40,419 nt of DNA from Bacillales bacterium UBA5578. GTDB lineage: Bacteria > Bacillota_I > Bacilli_A > RF39 > UBA660. Shown piece by piece: positions 19,495-31,279 of this stretch. Position numbers and translations under genes: made by a program. The notes below the pieces were generated by a model, which was given only the letters and a program-made list of their open reading frames with translations, searched no databases and was not told where the DNA came from. Location: contig DIMA01000012.1 in NCBI GenBank assembly GCA_002425325.1, positions 24,341 to 64,759 on the forward strand. The letters are read 5' to 3'. Every line of letters begins with the position of its first letter. Within the stretch, counting starts at the first letter, position 1.

Positions 19495-20679
19495 CTATTT
19501 AATGATTTCAGAAATATTTCCTGAACCAACAGTTCTACCACCTTCACGAATTGAGAACTTAGTTCCGTTTTCGATAGCGATTGGAGCTATTAATTCAACT
19601 GTCATTTCAACGTTATCACCTGGCATAACCATTTCAACGTTTTCTGGTAATTCAATAACACCTGTAACGTCAGTTGTTCTGAAATAGAATTGTGGACGGT
19701 AATTTGTGAAGAATGGAGTATGTCTTCCACCTTCTTCTTTGCTTAATACATAAACTTGAGCTTTAAACTTAGTATGTGGTGTAACACTACCTGGTTTAGC
19801 TAAAACTTGTCCACGTTCAACTTCTTCACGAGAAATACCACGTAATAATACACCAGCATTATCTCCTGATTCAGCGTAATCTAATTGTTTACGGAACATT
19901 TCAATTCCTGTAACAACAGTTTTCTTAGTATCTTTTAATCCAACGATTTCAACTTCGTCATTTAATTTTAATTGTCCTCTTTCAACACGTCCAGTAACAA
20001 CAGTTCCACGTCCTGTAATTGTGAAAACGTCTTCAATTGGCATTAAGAATGGTTTTTCAGTATCTCTTGCTGGAGTTTCAATCCATTCATCAACTGCATC
20101 CATTAATTCGATAATTTTATCTTCATATGCAGCATCTCCTTCAAGAGCTTTTAATGCAGAACCACGAATAATTGGAGTGTTATCTCCATCGAATCCGTAT
20201 TCACTTAATAAGTCACGGATTTCCATTTCAACTAATTCTAACATTTCTTCATCGTCAACCATATCACATTTGTTCATGAATACAACGATACGAGGTACTC
20301 CAACTTGACGTGATAATAAGATATGTTCACGAGTTTGAGCCATAGGTCCGTCAGTTGCAGCTATAACTAAGATAGCTCCATCCATTTGAGCAGCACCAGT
20401 GATCATGTTTTTAACATAGTCAGCATGCCCAGGACAGTCAACGTGAGCGTAATGTCTCTTGTCTGTTTGATATTCAACGTGAGAAGTATTAATTGTAATT
20501 CCACGTTCTCTTTCTTCAGGTGCCTTATCGATATTTGCATAATCTACGAAATCAGCATAACCTTTTTTAGATAATACATTGGTAATAGCAGCTGTTAAAG
20601 TTGTTTTACCATGGTCTACGTGTCCAATTGTACCAATATTAACATGTGGTTTTGAACGATCGTACTTAGCTTTTGCCAT
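19495..20679 (-). CDS. tuf: Elongation factor Tu
   Basis: [28 protein letters not shown]; full length 394 aa. Confidence 0.99.
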   Translation of the reverse strand: MAKAKYDRSKPHVNIGTIGHVDHGKTTLTAAITNVLSKKGYADFVDYANIDKAPEERERGITINTSHVEYQTDKRHYAHVDCPGHADYVKNMITGAAQMDGAILVIAATDGPMAQTREHILLSRQVGVPRIVVFMNKCDMVDDEEMLELVEMEIRDLLSEYGFDGDNTPIIRGSALKALEGDAAYEDKIIELMDAVDEWIETPARDTEKPFLMPIEDVFTITGRGTVVTGRVERGQLKLNDEVEIVGLKDTKKTVVTGIEMFRKQLDYAESGDNAGVLLRGISREEVERGQVLAKPGSVTPHTKFKAQVYVLSKEEGGRHTPFFTNYRPQFYFRTTDVTGVIELPENVEMVMPGDNVEMTVELIAPIAIENGTKFSIREGGRTVGSGNISEIIK

Positions 20680-20712
20680 AATTATTTCCTCCTTTATTTA
20701 CATAACAATATT

Positions 20713-20741
20713 ATTATAACTAATTAATATTAAAATATCAA
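20713..20741 (-). promoter_or_regulatory. Internal sigma-A promoter for tuf
   Basis: TTGATA-17 bp-TATAAT upstream of the AGGAGG RBS. Confidence 0.7.
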
Positions 20742-20774
20742 TAGTTTTTTGGTGAGAAACTAGTTATTTAACTA

Positions 20775-22847
20775 CTAGTTTCCACCATTTCTTTTAACTA
20801 TTTCATCAGCAATGTTCTTTGGAACTTCTTCATAGTGATCAAATACCATTGTAAAGTTTCCTCTACCTTGAGTATTAGATCTTAAAGATGTTGCATATCC
20901 AAACATTTCTGATAATGGTACCATAGCATCGATTGCTAATGCGTTACCACGACCTTCTTGTCCCATAGGACGTCCACGACGAGAAGTAATATCTCCCATT
21001 ACATTTCCTAAATATTCGTCTGGAGTAATTACTTGTACAGCCATGATTGGCTCAAGTAAAATTGGTTTACATTTATTTTTAGCTTCTTTTAAAGCCATAG
21101 ATGCAGCAATTTTGTATGCCATTTCTGATGAGTCTACATCATGGTAAGATCCATCAAATAATGTACATTTAACATCTACCATTGGATAACCAGCTAAAAC
21201 ACCAGTCTTTAATGCATCTTGTAAACCTTTATCTGTAACTGGAATATATTCACGAGGAACAACTCCACCAACGATAGCGTCAACAAATTCATATCCTTTA
21301 TCTGGATTTGGTTCAAATTTGATCCATACATGTCCATATTGTCCACGTCCACCAGATTGTTTAATATACTTACCTTCACATTCAGCAGCTTGAGTAATTG
21401 TTTCACGATAAGAAACTTGAGGTTGTCCAATATTAGCTTCAACATTGAATTCTCTCTTCATTCTATCTACGATTACATCTAAGTGTAATTCACCCATACC
21501 AGCGATGATTGTTTGTCCAGTTTCATGATTTGTACTAGCTCTAAAAGTTGGATCTTCTTCAGATAATTTTTGAAGAGCTAATGCCATCTTATCTTGATCA
21601 GCTTTTGATTTTGGTTCAATAGCTAATTCAATAACTGGTTCAGGGAATACCATTGATTCAAGAATACATGGATGTTTTTCATCACATAAAGTATCTCCTG
21701 TTGTAGTATTTTTTAAACCTACAGCAGCGGCAATTTCACCTGACCATACTTCGCTAATTTCTGTACGATTATTAGCATGCATTTGTAGAATACGTCCGAT
21801 TCTTTCTTTTGTGTTCTTAGTAGCATTTAATACATAAGAACCACTTGCTAAATGTCCAGAATAAACTCTAAAGAATGTTAAACGACCAACGAATGGGTCT
21901 GTCATAACTTTAAATGCTAAAGATGCAAATGGTTCATTGTCAGAAGGTTTTCTTTCAATTTCATTTCCATTTAAATCTACACCTTTGATTGATTCAACAT
22001 CAAGTGGTGATGGTAAATAATCAATAACAGCATCTAATGCTAATTTAACACCAATATTTCCTAAAGCTGTTCCACATAATACTGGGAAGAATTCAACAGC
22101 AAGTGTACCTTTACGGATAGCTCTCTTGATTAATTCAACAGAGATTTCATCTCCTTCAAGATATTTTTCCATTAATTCATCATCAAAATCTGCTACAGCT
22201 TCAATTAATTCATTACGTTTTTCTTCTACTAAATCAACCATATCAGCTGGAATATCAATTACAGTTGGTTCTTCATGTTGTTCACCATTGTAATGATAAG
22301 CTGTACGAGTAACTAAATCAACGATTCCATTGAATTCTGATTCAGCACCGATTGGCCATTCGATTGGTGCATATTTAACACCTAATCTACTAGCAATAGT
22401 AGATAAACTGTATTCAAAGTCAGCTCCCATTTTATCCATCTTGTTACAGAAGATCATTCTAGGTACTTTGAATTCAGTAGCTTGTCTCCAAACTGTTTCT
22501 GTTTGTGGTTCAACACCAGCTTGTGCATCTAATAATGCAATAGCACCATCTAATACACGAAGTGATCTTGATACTTCAATTGTAAAGTCTACGTGTCCTG
22601 GAGTATCGATTATATTAAATCTATGTTTATTCCAGAATGCAGTAGTAGCAGCTGAAGTAATTGTTATACCACGTTCTTTTTCTTGTTCCATCCAGTCCAT
22701 TTGAGATTCACCATCATGTGTTTCTCCTATTTTATGTGTTTTACCTGTATGGAATAGCACACGTTCTGTAAAAGTAGTTTTTCCAGCATCGATGTGTGCC
22801 ATGATACCCAAATTACGAGTATTTTCTAAACTATAATCACGAGCCAT
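20775..22847 (-). CDS. fusA: Elongation factor G
   Basis: [28 protein letters not shown]; start placed at MARDYS (ATG 22847). Confidence 0.99.
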   Translation of the reverse strand: MARDYSLENTRNLGIMAHIDAGKTTFTERVLFHTGKTHKIGETHDGESQMDWMEQEKERGITITSAATTAFWNKHRFNIIDTPGHVDFTIEVSRSLRVLDGAIALLDAQAGVEPQTETVWRQATEFKVPRMIFCNKMDKMGADFEYSLSTIASRLGVKYAPIEWPIGAESEFNGIVDLVTRTAYHYNGEQHEEPTVIDIPADMVDLVEEKRNELIEAVADFDDELMEKYLEGDEISVELIKRAIRKGTLAVEFFPVLCGTALGNIGVKLALDAVIDYLPSPLDVESIKGVDLNGNEIERKPSDNEPFASLAFKVMTDPFVGRLTFFRVYSGHLASGSYVLNATKNTKERIGRILQMHANNRTEISEVWSGEIAAAVGLKNTTTGDTLCDEKHPCILESMVFPEPVIELAIEPKSKADQDKMALALQKLSEEDPTFRASTNHETGQTIIAGMGELHLDVIVDRMKREFNVEANIGQPQVSYRETITQAAECEGKYIKQSGGRGQYGHVWIKFEPNPDKGYEFVDAIVGGVVPREYIPVTDKGLQDALKTGVLAGYPMVDVKCTLFDGSYHDVDSSEMAYKIAASMALKEAKNKCKPILLEPIMAVQVITPDEYLGNVMGDITSRRGRPMGQEGRGNALAIDAMVPLSEMFGYATSLRSNTQGRGNFTMVFDHYEEVPKNIADEIVKRNGGN

Positions 22848-22864
22848 ACTGTGTTCCTTTCTAA

Positions 22865-23332
22865 TTACCAACGGTAATGAGCAAATGCTTTATTAGCTTC
22901 TGCCATTCTGTGAGTATCTTCACGTTTTTTAACTGCTGCTCCAACACCGTTTGAAGCATCAACGATTTCATTTGCAAGATTTTCAGCCATTGAATGACCA
23001 CCACGTAATCTTGCATATTGAGTTAACCAACGAAGTGCTAAAGCTTGACTACGATCTGCTTTAACTTCGATAGGTACTTGGTAGTTAGCTCCACCAACAC
23101 GTCTAGATTTAACTTCTAATGCTGGTTTGATGTTTTCCATAGCTTTTTCGAAAACAACCATTGGATCTTCATTAGTTTTTTCTTTAATACTATCGAATGC
23201 ATCATATAAGATTTTTTGTGCTATACCTTTTTTACCATCGATCATTAAACTATTTACTAATTTAGTAACTAATTTAGAATTGTATATTGGATCTGGTAAA
23301 ACGTCTCTTTTAACTGCACGTCTTTTACGCAT
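22865..23332 (-). CDS. rpsG: 30S ribosomal protein S7
   Basis: [26 protein letters not shown]. Confidence 0.99.
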   Translation of the reverse strand: MRKRRAVKRDVLPDPIYNSKLVTKLVNSLMIDGKKGIAQKILYDAFDSIKEKTNEDPMVVFEKAMENIKPALEVKSRRVGGANYQVPIEVKADRSQALALRWLTQYARLRGGHSMAENLANEIVDASNGVGAAVKKREDTHRMAEANKAFAHYRW

Positions 23333-23374
23333 AATTAATTCCTCCTTTTCTGATATTATTATAATTTTATTTTA

Positions 23375-23794
23375 TTATTTACTTGCTTTTGGTTTTTTAG
23401 TTCCGTATTTAGAACGTCCTTGACGACGATTTTCAACTCCAGCAGTGTCTAATGTACCACGAATAATGTGATAACGAACACCGATTAAGTCTTTAACACG
23501 TCCACCACGAATCATAACAACACTATGTTCTTGTAAGTTATGTCCTTCTCCAGGAATGTAAGAAGTAACTTCCATACCATTAGAAAGTCTAACTCTGGCA
23601 TATTTACGTAACGCTGAGTTTGGTTTCTTAGGTGTCATAGTTCCAACACGAGTACAAACACCACGTTTTTGTGGAGCATTTTGGTTAGTTTGTTTTTTAT
23701 CTTTACTATTATAACCTATTCCTAAAACTGGTGATTTACTTTTTCTAGTCTTATTAGATCTACCTTTTCTAACTAATTGATTTATAGTTGGCAT
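23375..23794 (-). CDS. rpsL: 30S ribosomal protein S12
   Basis: [27 protein letters not shown](I)GVRY; Bacilli-type N-terminal insertion. Confidence 0.99.
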   Translation of the reverse strand: MPTINQLVRKGRSNKTRKSKSPVLGIGYNSKDKKQTNQNAPQKRGVCTRVGTMTPKKPNSALRKYARVRLSNGMEVTSYIPGEGHNLQEHSVVMIRGGRVKDLIGVRYHIIRGTLDTAGVENRRQGRSKYGTKKPKASK

Positions 23795-23809
23795 ATTTTT
23801 CTCCTTTCT

Positions 23810-23914
23810 TTACACACTTCCAGGTGTTTCTTTTTTACTCTTAATTAAAGATTTGCCTTTGCAAATCCAAATTAAAACGCATAATTAATATAACACTTAA
23901 TTATGCGTTTGTCA
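23810..23914 (-). promoter_or_regulatory. str operon promoter and structured leader
   Basis: TTGACA-17 bp-(TGt)TATATT embedded in a 14-bp perfect inverted repeat (23875-23888/23897-23910); leader hairpin GAUUUGC-AAAG-GCAAAUC and a CACCUGG...GUGUG element before the RBS. Confidence 0.7.
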
Positions 23915-23937
23915 ACAAAAATATTATTCTTTTTTTA

Positions 23938-24093
23938 CTATTTACAATTGATACTTAAACTATTAGATTCAACACCAAATAATTGGTTTAATACAGTATG
24001 TACATTTTTGCTATAAATAAGGCATAACCAAAACACAAATACTAAGATTAATATAAAGAAATATCTTGTAAATGATGTTACGTCTTGCTTCAT
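23938..24093 (-). CDS. Small single-pass membrane protein (51 aa), not in the ORF track
   Basis: GAGGTG RBS 7 nt before ATG 24093; MKQDVTSFTRYFFILILVFVFWLCLIYSKNVHTVLNQLFGVESNSLSINCK*; starts 12 bp after the NrtR-like stop. Confidence 0.7.
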   Translation of the reverse strand: MKQDVTSFTRYFFILILVFVFWLCLIYSKNVHTVLNQLFGVESNSLSINCK

Positions 24094-24105
24094 AATTATT
24101 CACCT

Positions 24106-24747
24106 CTAGAATAATAGTACATTATCAACGTCTTCTTTGAATCGATATAATTTAGCAGGTCTACCTGTTGAAACTGGAGCTTTATCCCCTGTTTCTTCAA
24201 TTAGATCTAAACTTATGAATTTTTTTCTAAAGTTTCTTCTATCTAAATTCTTTGATAATAGTTGCTCATATACTTTTTGTATTTCTGGTAATGTAAAGTC
24301 ACATGGGAAAATTTGTTGTAACATTTTACTTTGAACTACTTTCTCTTTTAAAACCTCAATTGACTTTTCAATTACTCTAATATGATCATACCCTATTTTT
24401 GGTAAATTATCAATAGGGAACCATTCAATTTCATACTCAGTATCTATCTTTTTAGTCATAACGGTAACTTCATCAACTATACTCATTAATGATATTCCAA
24501 CCATTCTTTTTCCAGGAACTCTATCTAAATCACTAAATACGTGACATTGGTCATATTTTAAATCATTAAAACCAAATTTCTCACTTACTATTTTTTCAAT
24601 AGATTCTTCAACAGTTTTATCATCTTTGATAACTTCACAAGGTAATATCCAATATCCCTTGTATGGTTCCTTAGTATTCTTCATTAATAATATTTGAAAT
24701 GTCCCGTCTTGGATAGTAAAAATACTACCTAATACTTCGATACCCAT
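24106..24747 (-). CDS. NrtR-like regulator (Nudix fold plus winged HTH)
   Basis: EPYKGYWILP, FSDLDRVP, EWFPIDNLPKIGYDH; C-terminal FTLPEIQKVYE...LDRRNFRKK...GRPAKLYRF. Confidence 0.88.
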   Translation of the reverse strand: MGIEVLGSIFTIQDGTFQILLMKNTKEPYKGYWILPCEVIKDDKTVEESIEKIVSEKFGFNDLKYDQCHVFSDLDRVPGKRMVGISLMSIVDEVTVMTKKIDTEYEIEWFPIDNLPKIGYDHIRVIEKSIEVLKEKVVQSKMLQQIFPCDFTLPEIQKVYEQLLSKNLDRRNFRKKFISLDLIEETGDKAPVSTGRPAKLYRFKEDVDNVLLF

Positions 24748-24783
24748 TTAATCACATCCCTTTGTGTTTAAAATACGTTTGCT

Positions 24784-24870
24784 ATTATATATAAACTTTT
24801 TATAAATGTCAAATCAGTATAAATCCCTTTTGTAAGTTGATATTCTAGCACTATTTATTATTTTTGTCAA
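24784..24870 (-). promoter_or_regulatory. Tandem consensus sigma-A promoters upstream of the NrtR-like gene
   Basis: TTGACA(24812-24807)-17-TATAAT(24789-24784) and TTGACA(24870-24865)-17-TGc-TAGAAT(24847-24842). Confidence 0.75.
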
Positions 24871-24890
24871 AAAAGACAGCTACTGCTGTC
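24869..24890 (-). terminator. Intrinsic terminator after the ABC transporter
   Basis: gacagc-tact-gctgtc with a U-tail on the minus strand. Confidence 0.7.
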
Positions 24891-27424
24891 TATTCTGTTC
24901 TAAGTGCTTCAACTGGATCTTTCTTAGATGCAATTCTAGAAGGTATTAAACCTGCTATAACAGTTAAAGACATACTTATTATAATTAATATTATTCCACC
25001 CATTATAGGTAATGAAGATAAATTAGAAACATCTGTTATTCCTTTAATTATTATATTAATTGGAATATTTAATAGTACTGTTATACCAATACCTATAATA
25101 CCAGATAATAAACCAACAATAAATGTTTCTGCATTAAATACTCTTGATATATCTTTCTTACTAGCACCAATTGCTCTTAAGATACCAATTTCTTTTGTTC
25201 TTTCTAGTACAGATATATAAGTAATAATACCAATCATAATACTAGATACTATTAATGATATACTTACAAATGCCATTAATACATAACTTATTATATTAAC
25301 AATTGTAGTTACACTAGACATCATTAATCCTACAAAATCAGTATATCTAATTTTATCTTTTTCATCAGCTTTATCGTTATAATCTGCAATCTTATCTATA
25401 ATTAATTCTTTAGTATCAAAATTCTTTGGATAAATACTTATTGTAGATGGTTTAGCTAAATTAGCTACTCCCATTTTCTTTAAATTATCTTCATATGTTT
25501 GACTTTGTGATTCCATTAATGTAGTTAATTCTTGTGGTGACAAACTAGCTAAATATTTCTTTTGTTCTGCTGTTAACTTACTCATATCAAAATCTTCATT
25601 TGATGTAAACTTCTTACCAGTAAATACATTTATATCTTTATTCTTCATTTGTTCTTTAACAATTTTAGAATCATTTATATTATTAATTACATATTCAGTT
25701 AATTCATGTCTATAACCAATCATACCATTATTAGATTGTAAAGCTGCTTCTTCATTAGGTCTAATAATACCAACGATAGTAATATCTTCAGAATTTTTTA
25801 ATACATTCTTCATATATTTTTCATCAGTTCTACGATCTACCCAAATACCAGCTTTCTTTTCATAATAATCACTATTTAATACTAATTTAAATTTTAATCC
25901 AACTAATTCATCATAATCATATGATCTATTTTTAAATTCAATTTTTAAGTTAGGATCAGCCATAATTCTATCAAATAGATTTTTTAATTCAGATGAATCT
26001 TTAATTCCTAACGCATATAAAGTATAATCTGTTATTTCATTATTTTCATCTACAATTAAAACAACTTCATTATATTTTTTAGCCCAACGACCTGCTACTA
26101 CATCATATTGTGTTTTTAATAATTCATCATTATTAATTAACTCAGTCCATACATTATAATTACTCATCATCATACTAGTATATCCTGTTGAATTATCCAT
26201 AATCCCCATATCTGACATAAGTGTAGAAGGATTTACTTGTTTAATCCCCTTACTAGTATCACTACTATAAATTTGTAAATCTAAATTATATGTATATTTA
26301 ACAGCATTAATATATTCTTTCATTTCTTTATCTTCTTCTAAATATTTTTTAAAAGCTTCTAAATTATTTGTTTTTGCTGTTGTAGTAACTGTTGTAACAA
26401 CTTTACTTAATATTTCATTTGTATATATTTTAGTTAATTCTCTATCTTTATCTTTTTTATCATTTGACATAGAAGTCATCATTTCATTCATATCTAATGT
26501 TGATTCTTCTAATACAATTGGATAACTAGATAATGTATCCTCTTCTATTCTATCTATATAGTTTTGTACACCATTAGATAAAGATAATATTAAAGCAATA
26601 CCTATAATACCAATAGAACCTGCAAAAGATGTTAAGAATGTTCTAGCCTTCTTTGTCATTAAATTATTTAAACTTAATCTTAATGCTGTTACAAAAGACA
26701 TTTTAGTCTTTCTTGCATCATCTAAATTAACTGGATCATCATCTTCTTCATATGGATTAGAATCTCCTGTTACTTTACCATCACTTATTCTAACAATACG
26801 AGTAGAATATTCTTCTGCTAATTCAGCATTGTGAGTAACCATTATAACTAATTTATCTTTAGCTATCTCACTTAATAAATCCATAATTTGTACACTTGTA
26901 TCTGAATCTAAAGCACCAGTTGGTTCATCAGCTAATAAAATATCTGGATTATTAACTAAAGCACGTGCTATAGCAATTCTTTGCATTTGACCACCAGACA
27001 TTTGGTTTGGTCTTTTATGCATATGATCTTCTAATCCAACTTTTTTTAATACTTCAATTGATCTTTTTTTAGCTTCATCTTTAGATATACCAGATAAAGT
27101 AAGTGCTAAAGAAACATTTTCTAAAGCTGATTGATGTGGTATTAAATTATAACTTTGAAATACAAAACCAATTGAATGATTTCTATAAGTATCCCAATCA
27201 CGATCTTTAAACTTCTTAGTAGATTTACCATTAATTATTAAATCTCCACTAGTATATTTATCTAAACCACCAATAATATTTAACATAGTAGTTTTACCAC
27301 TACCACTTTGACCTAATATAGATACAAATTCACATTCTCTAAATTTTAAATTTATGTCACATAATGCTTGTTGTTTAAAATCACCTGTAACATATTCTTT
27401 ATTTATGTTTTTTAATTGTAACAT
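24890..27424 (-). CDS. Fused ABC transporter ATPase/permease (MacB/FtsX-type)
   Basis: GQSGSGKTT, MSGGQMQR, LLADEPTGALD; TM plus large extracellular domain; SVLERTKEIGILRAIGA; KKDPVEALRTE. Confidence 0.93.
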   Translation of the reverse strand: MLQLKNINKEYVTGDFKQQALCDINLKFRECEFVSILGQSGSGKTTMLNIIGGLDKYTSGDLIINGKSTKKFKDRDWDTYRNHSIGFVFQSYNLIPHQSALENVSLALTLSGISKDEAKKRSIEVLKKVGLEDHMHKRPNQMSGGQMQRIAIARALVNNPDILLADEPTGALDSDTSVQIMDLLSEIAKDKLVIMVTHNAELAEEYSTRIVRISDGKVTGDSNPYEEDDDPVNLDDARKTKMSFVTALRLSLNNLMTKKARTFLTSFAGSIGIIGIALILSLSNGVQNYIDRIEEDTLSSYPIVLEESTLDMNEMMTSMSNDKKDKDRELTKIYTNEILSKVVTTVTTTAKTNNLEAFKKYLEEDKEMKEYINAVKYTYNLDLQIYSSDTSKGIKQVNPSTLMSDMGIMDNSTGYTSMMMSNYNVWTELINNDELLKTQYDVVAGRWAKKYNEVVLIVDENNEITDYTLYALGIKDSSELKNLFDRIMADPNLKIEFKNRSYDYDELVGLKFKLVLNSDYYEKKAGIWVDRRTDEKYMKNVLKNSEDITIVGIIRPNEEAALQSNNGMIGYRHELTEYVINNINDSKIVKEQMKNKDINVFTGKKFTSNEDFDMSKLTAEQKKYLASLSPQELTTLMESQSQTYEDNLKKMGVANLAKPSTISIYPKNFDTKELIIDKIADYNDKADEKDKIRYTDFVGLMMSSVTTIVNIISYVLMAFVSISLIVSSIMIGIITYISVLERTKEIGILRAIGASKKDISRVFNAETFIVGLLSGIIGIGITVLLNIPINIIIKGITDVSNLSSLPIMGGIILIIISMSLTVIAGLIPSRIASKKDPVEALRTE

Positions 27425-27466
27425 TTAAATCACCTACTATAAAAGTATAACATTAGAAAAAATATA

Positions 27467-27964
27467 TTACAATATTATATTTTTTTCTAATGTTTTTAAT
27501 AATTTATTATAATTATCTTCCCCTATTATATCCTTTTTAAATAATAAACCTATTTTATCTTCTTTAGTACAGATAAAAAATCTATTCTTCTTAACTTTAA
27601 ATTTACTTATATCTTTATAATTATATTTAATTTCTAAATCATTTATTTTTACTTTAATATTCTTATCATTATATTCAACATAGTAAGTTCCATATGCATT
27701 ACCTGTACCTTTATCATTTTTTCTTAAAGATAAGAATATATAAATCCAAGTAAATATAATTAAAACAATTATATAGCAAACTAAATATAAAAGACTATTC
27801 ATAATTAATATTTTTTTATCAAAAGCATTTGATGTAAATGGAATAAACATTAAATATCCATATATAAAAATTCCCATTAATAAAAATATAATATTTACTT
27901 TAAATCTTTTATTAATTAATTCTTTTTTTAAATCTTCCCTAGTCCAATCATACGAAAACTTCAT
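27467..27964 (-). CDS. Membrane protein, possibly YcxB-like (2 TM plus small soluble domain)
   Basis: Two hydrophobic segments then GTYYVEYNDKNI...YKDISKFK; ATG overlaps the uvrA TAA. Confidence 0.6.
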   Translation of the reverse strand: MKFSYDWTREDLKKELINKRFKVNIIFLLMGIFIYGYLMFIPFTSNAFDKKILIMNSLLYLVCYIIVLIIFTWIYIFLSLRKNDKGTGNAYGTYYVEYNDKNIKVKINDLEIKYNYKDISKFKVKKNRFFICTKEDKIGLLFKKDIIGEDNYNKLLKTLEKNIIL

Positions 27965-30777
27965 TATTTTTCCTCCAACATTGGTTTAAGAAATTTACCA
28001 GTATAACTTTCTTTAACCTTTACAATTTCCTCAGGAGTACCACATGCTACAACAGTACCTCCTTCATCTCCACCTTCTGGTCCTAAATCGATAATATAAT
28101 CTGCGGTCTTGATAACATCTAAATTATGTTCGATTACAACAACAGTATCTCCATTTTCTACTATTCTATTTAATATTACTAATAATTTTTTAATATCATC
28201 AGTATGTAAACCTGTAGTAGGTTCATCTAATATAAAGATACTCTTACCTGTAGGTTTCTTTTGTAATTCTTTAGCTAGTTTAATTCTTCCAGCTTCACCA
28301 CCACTTAATGTAGTAGCAATTTGTCCTAATTTTATATATGATAATCCTACATCATATAACATTTGTAATTTATTTTTTATCTTAGCATGATTTTCAAAAA
28401 ATTCTATTGCTTCTTCTACTCTCATTTCTAAAACATCATTTATATTTTTTCCTTTATACTTTACTTGTAATGTTTCAGTATTATATCTAGTACCACCACA
28501 TACTTCACAAGGAACATATACATCAGGTAAAAAGTGCATTTCAATTTTCTTAACACCATCTCCCCAACAAGCTTCACATCGTCCACCTTTAACATTGAAA
28601 GAGAATCTACCTTTATCATATCCACGCATTTTAGCTTCTTTTGTTTGTGTAAATACATCTCTAATATCATCAAATACACCTGTATATGTAGCAGGATTAC
28701 TTCTTGGAGTTCTTCCAATAGGAGTTTGAGAAATATCAATTACTTTATCAATATATTCTAATCCTTTTATTTTTTTATGTTCCCCTACTTTTTCTTTATT
28801 CTTATATATTGTATTAGCAATACTTCTATATAATATTTGATTAATTAAAGTAGATTTACCAGATCCACTTACTCCTGTAACACAAGTAAAAGTACCTAGT
28901 GGAATTTTTACATCAATATTTTTTAAATTATTTTCTTTAGCGCCTATTATTTCAATAAATTTCTTATTACCTTTTCTTCGTTTTTTAGGTACTTCTATTT
29001 TTAATTTACCAGATAAATATTTACCAGTTAAACTATTTTCATTTTTCATTACTTCAGATGGTGTACCAGCAGCCATTACTTCTCCACCATGTAATCCAGC
29101 AGAAGGTCCTATATCTACTAAGTAATCTGCAGCTAACATTGTATCAGTATCATGTTCAACAACAATTAATGTATTACCTAAGTCTCTCATCTCTTTCATA
29201 GATTCAATTAATCTATTATTATCTCTTTGATGTAATCCAATACTAGGTTCATCAAGTACATATAATACACCTGTTAAATATGATCCTATTTGTGTAGCTA
29301 ATCTAATTCTTTGAGCTTCACCACCACTTAATGTTCCAGCACTTCTATTTAATGTTAAATATCCTAATCCAACATTATTTAAAAATGTTAATCTATCTTT
29401 TATTTCTTTTATTATCATTCTAGATATCTCTTGTTTTTCTTTAGATAATTTTAAATTTTCAAAGAACGTAATCATATTAGATATACTTAATTTAGTTAAT
29501 GAATATATATCTTTATTACCTACTTTAACGGATAAAATAGAATCATCTAATCTAGCACCATGACAAGATGGACATTCTAATTCAGTCATGAATCCTTCTA
29601 TCCAATCTCTTATCCATCCACTTTTAGTTTCCATATATCTTCTTTCAAGGTTATTTATAATACCTTCAAAATAATCAACAGTATTTCTAGTATTACCATT
29701 ATTAGATACATAATTAAATTCTAAAGGTTCTGGACTACCATATAATAATATATCTAAACTTTTTTTACTTAATGATTCAATTGGTTTAGATAAATCTATA
29801 TTATATTTTTTTGAAACTGCTAATAACTGAGTTCTATTTATAGATGCATCTAAACTAAATGGTACTATACCACCATCTATAACACTCTTACTTTTATCTG
29901 GAATTATTAAATCCACATCTATTTTTAACTTAACACCTAAACCATTACAATCATGACATGCTCCATATGGGGCATTAAATGAAAACATACGAGGTTCTAA
30001 TTCTGGTAATGAAAAATCACAATCAGGACATGCATATTTTTCACTCATAACTATATCTTCACTACCAATAACATTAACAACAGCTTTACCTTTAGATTCT
30101 TTTACAGCTATTTCTAATGCTTCATATAATCTACTTCTTATATCTTCTTTAATTATTAGTCTGTCTACAACAATTAAAATATTATGTTTTTTATTTTTTT
30201 CTAAAACTATTTCTTCAGATAAGTCTTTATCTTCATCATCTACAATTACTCTTGCATAACCATCTTTTCTTAGTCTTTCAAATAAATCTACATGTGTACC
30301 CTTTTCTCCATAAACAACTGGACTTAATACTCTAATTTTTGTACCAATATCTAACTTTAATATTTGATTAGTCATTTCTTCAATTGATTGACTACTAATA
30401 GGTTTATTATGAATAGGACAATAAGGTACTCCAATACGTGCATATAATAATCTGAAGTAATCATATATTTCTGTAACAGTAGCAACAGTACTTCTTGGAT
30501 TTTTATTAGTAGTTTTTTGATCAATACTTATAGATGGACTTAAACCTTCTATTGAGTCAACATCTGGTTTATCATTTCCACCTAAGAATTGTCTAGCATA
30601 TGCACTTAATGATTCAACATATCTTCTTTGACCTTCAGCATATATAGTGTCAAAAGCTAAACTACTTTTACCTGATCCACTAACACCAGTCATTACTATT
30701 AATTTATTTTTTGGTAATTCAATATCTATATTTTTTAAATTATTCTCTCTAGCACCTTTTACTATTATTTTATCCAT
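27964..30777 (-). CDS. uvrA: Excinuclease ABC subunit A
   Basis: GARENNLKN, two GVSGSGKS Walker A motifs, zinc fingers, [21 protein letters not shown]. Confidence 0.98.
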   Translation of the reverse strand: MDKIIVKGARENNLKNIDIELPKNKLIVMTGVSGSGKSSLAFDTIYAEGQRRYVESLSAYARQFLGGNDKPDVDSIEGLSPSISIDQKTTNKNPRSTVATVTEIYDYFRLLYARIGVPYCPIHNKPISSQSIEEMTNQILKLDIGTKIRVLSPVVYGEKGTHVDLFERLRKDGYARVIVDDEDKDLSEEIVLEKNKKHNILIVVDRLIIKEDIRSRLYEALEIAVKESKGKAVVNVIGSEDIVMSEKYACPDCDFSLPELEPRMFSFNAPYGACHDCNGLGVKLKIDVDLIIPDKSKSVIDGGIVPFSLDASINRTQLLAVSKKYNIDLSKPIESLSKKSLDILLYGSPEPLEFNYVSNNGNTRNTVDYFEGIINNLERRYMETKSGWIRDWIEGFMTELECPSCHGARLDDSILSVKVGNKDIYSLTKLSISNMITFFENLKLSKEKQEISRMIIKEIKDRLTFLNNVGLGYLTLNRSAGTLSGGEAQRIRLATQIGSYLTGVLYVLDEPSIGLHQRDNNRLIESMKEMRDLGNTLIVVEHDTDTMLAADYLVDIGPSAGLHGGEVMAAGTPSEVMKNENSLTGKYLSGKLKIEVPKKRRKGNKKFIEIIGAKENNLKNIDVKIPLGTFTCVTGVSGSGKSTLINQILYRSIANTIYKNKEKVGEHKKIKGLEYIDKVIDISQTPIGRTPRSNPATYTGVFDDIRDVFTQTKEAKMRGYDKGRFSFNVKGGRCEACWGDGVKKIEMHFLPDVYVPCEVCGGTRYNTETLQVKYKGKNINDVLEMRVEEAIEFFENHAKIKNKLQMLYDVGLSYIKLGQIATTLSGGEAGRIKLAKELQKKPTGKSIFILDEPTTGLHTDDIKKLLVILNRIVENGDTVVVIEHNLDVIKTADYIIDLGPEGGDEGGTVVACGTPEEIVKVKESYTGKFLKPMLEEK

Positions 30778-30808
30778 AATATCACCTCAAACACGATTAT
30801 TATAACAT

Positions 30809-30837
30809 AAAACATTTGATATGAAATCAAATGTTTT
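30809..30837. terminator. Inverted repeat, probable terminator upstream of the uvrA promoter
   Basis: aaaacatttgat-atgaa-atcaaatgtttt (12-bp arms). Confidence 0.55.
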
Positions 30838-30847
30838 AGATTATTTA

Positions 30848-31279
30848 TTAAAAATTGTTATTATTATTTCTAAAATTTGAAACAATATTAGTACTACGAT
30901 TTGTACCATAATAATTTTGAGAACTTGTTGATGAATTACGAATTATTGGATCATCTTCTACATCTGGTTTAAAAATATTTGAAGAATCCATTTCTGAAGA
31001 ACTAACAACAGGTAATGAACCTTCAACAAATGAACTAGATGAACTAATAATTTTATTACGAGCTAAATTTCCTGTTGATATTCCACCACTTATAGATAAC
31101 TCATCCATTCTTTTATTTAATTCTCTATTTCTTTGTGCACCTAATTTGAACATATCTTGTGATTTATTATTTAAATTACTATTTGCATTTCTATTAGCAT
31201 AAAAATTATTTTTCATACTTTTTATAGAACTTAATTTATCTAAATTATAATTAATATTATTATTCAATCCATTCACCAC
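30848..31279 (-). CDS. Hypothetical Asn/Ser-rich, probably disordered protein (start uncertain)
   Basis: 143-aa low-complexity ORF overlapping the upstream gene end and followed by a hairpin. Confidence 0.6.
   Translation of the reverse strand: MVNGLNNNINYNLDKLSSIKSMKNNFYANRNANSNLNNKSQDMFKLGAQRNRELNKRMDELSISGGISTGNLARNKIISSSSSFVEGSLPVVSSSEMDSSNIFKPDVEDDPIIRNSSTSSQNYYGTNRSTNIVSNFRNNNNNF

Noticed and set aside
20695..20724. dif-like sequence (attagttataa-N8-ttatgtaaata on the minus strand)
   Set aside because: The spacer is 8 bp rather than 6, the site coincides with the tuf promoter and leader, and gene orientation does not switch around it.
28283..28306. Second ABC signature of UvrA reads LSGGEAGR instead of EAQR
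   Set aside because: Single substitution outside the core LSGG; the rest of the protein is intact, so there is no basis for a functional claim.
30778..30847. SOS (LexA) box upstream of uvrA
   Set aside because: No GAAC-N4-GTTC match seen; the inverted repeat present fits a terminator better.
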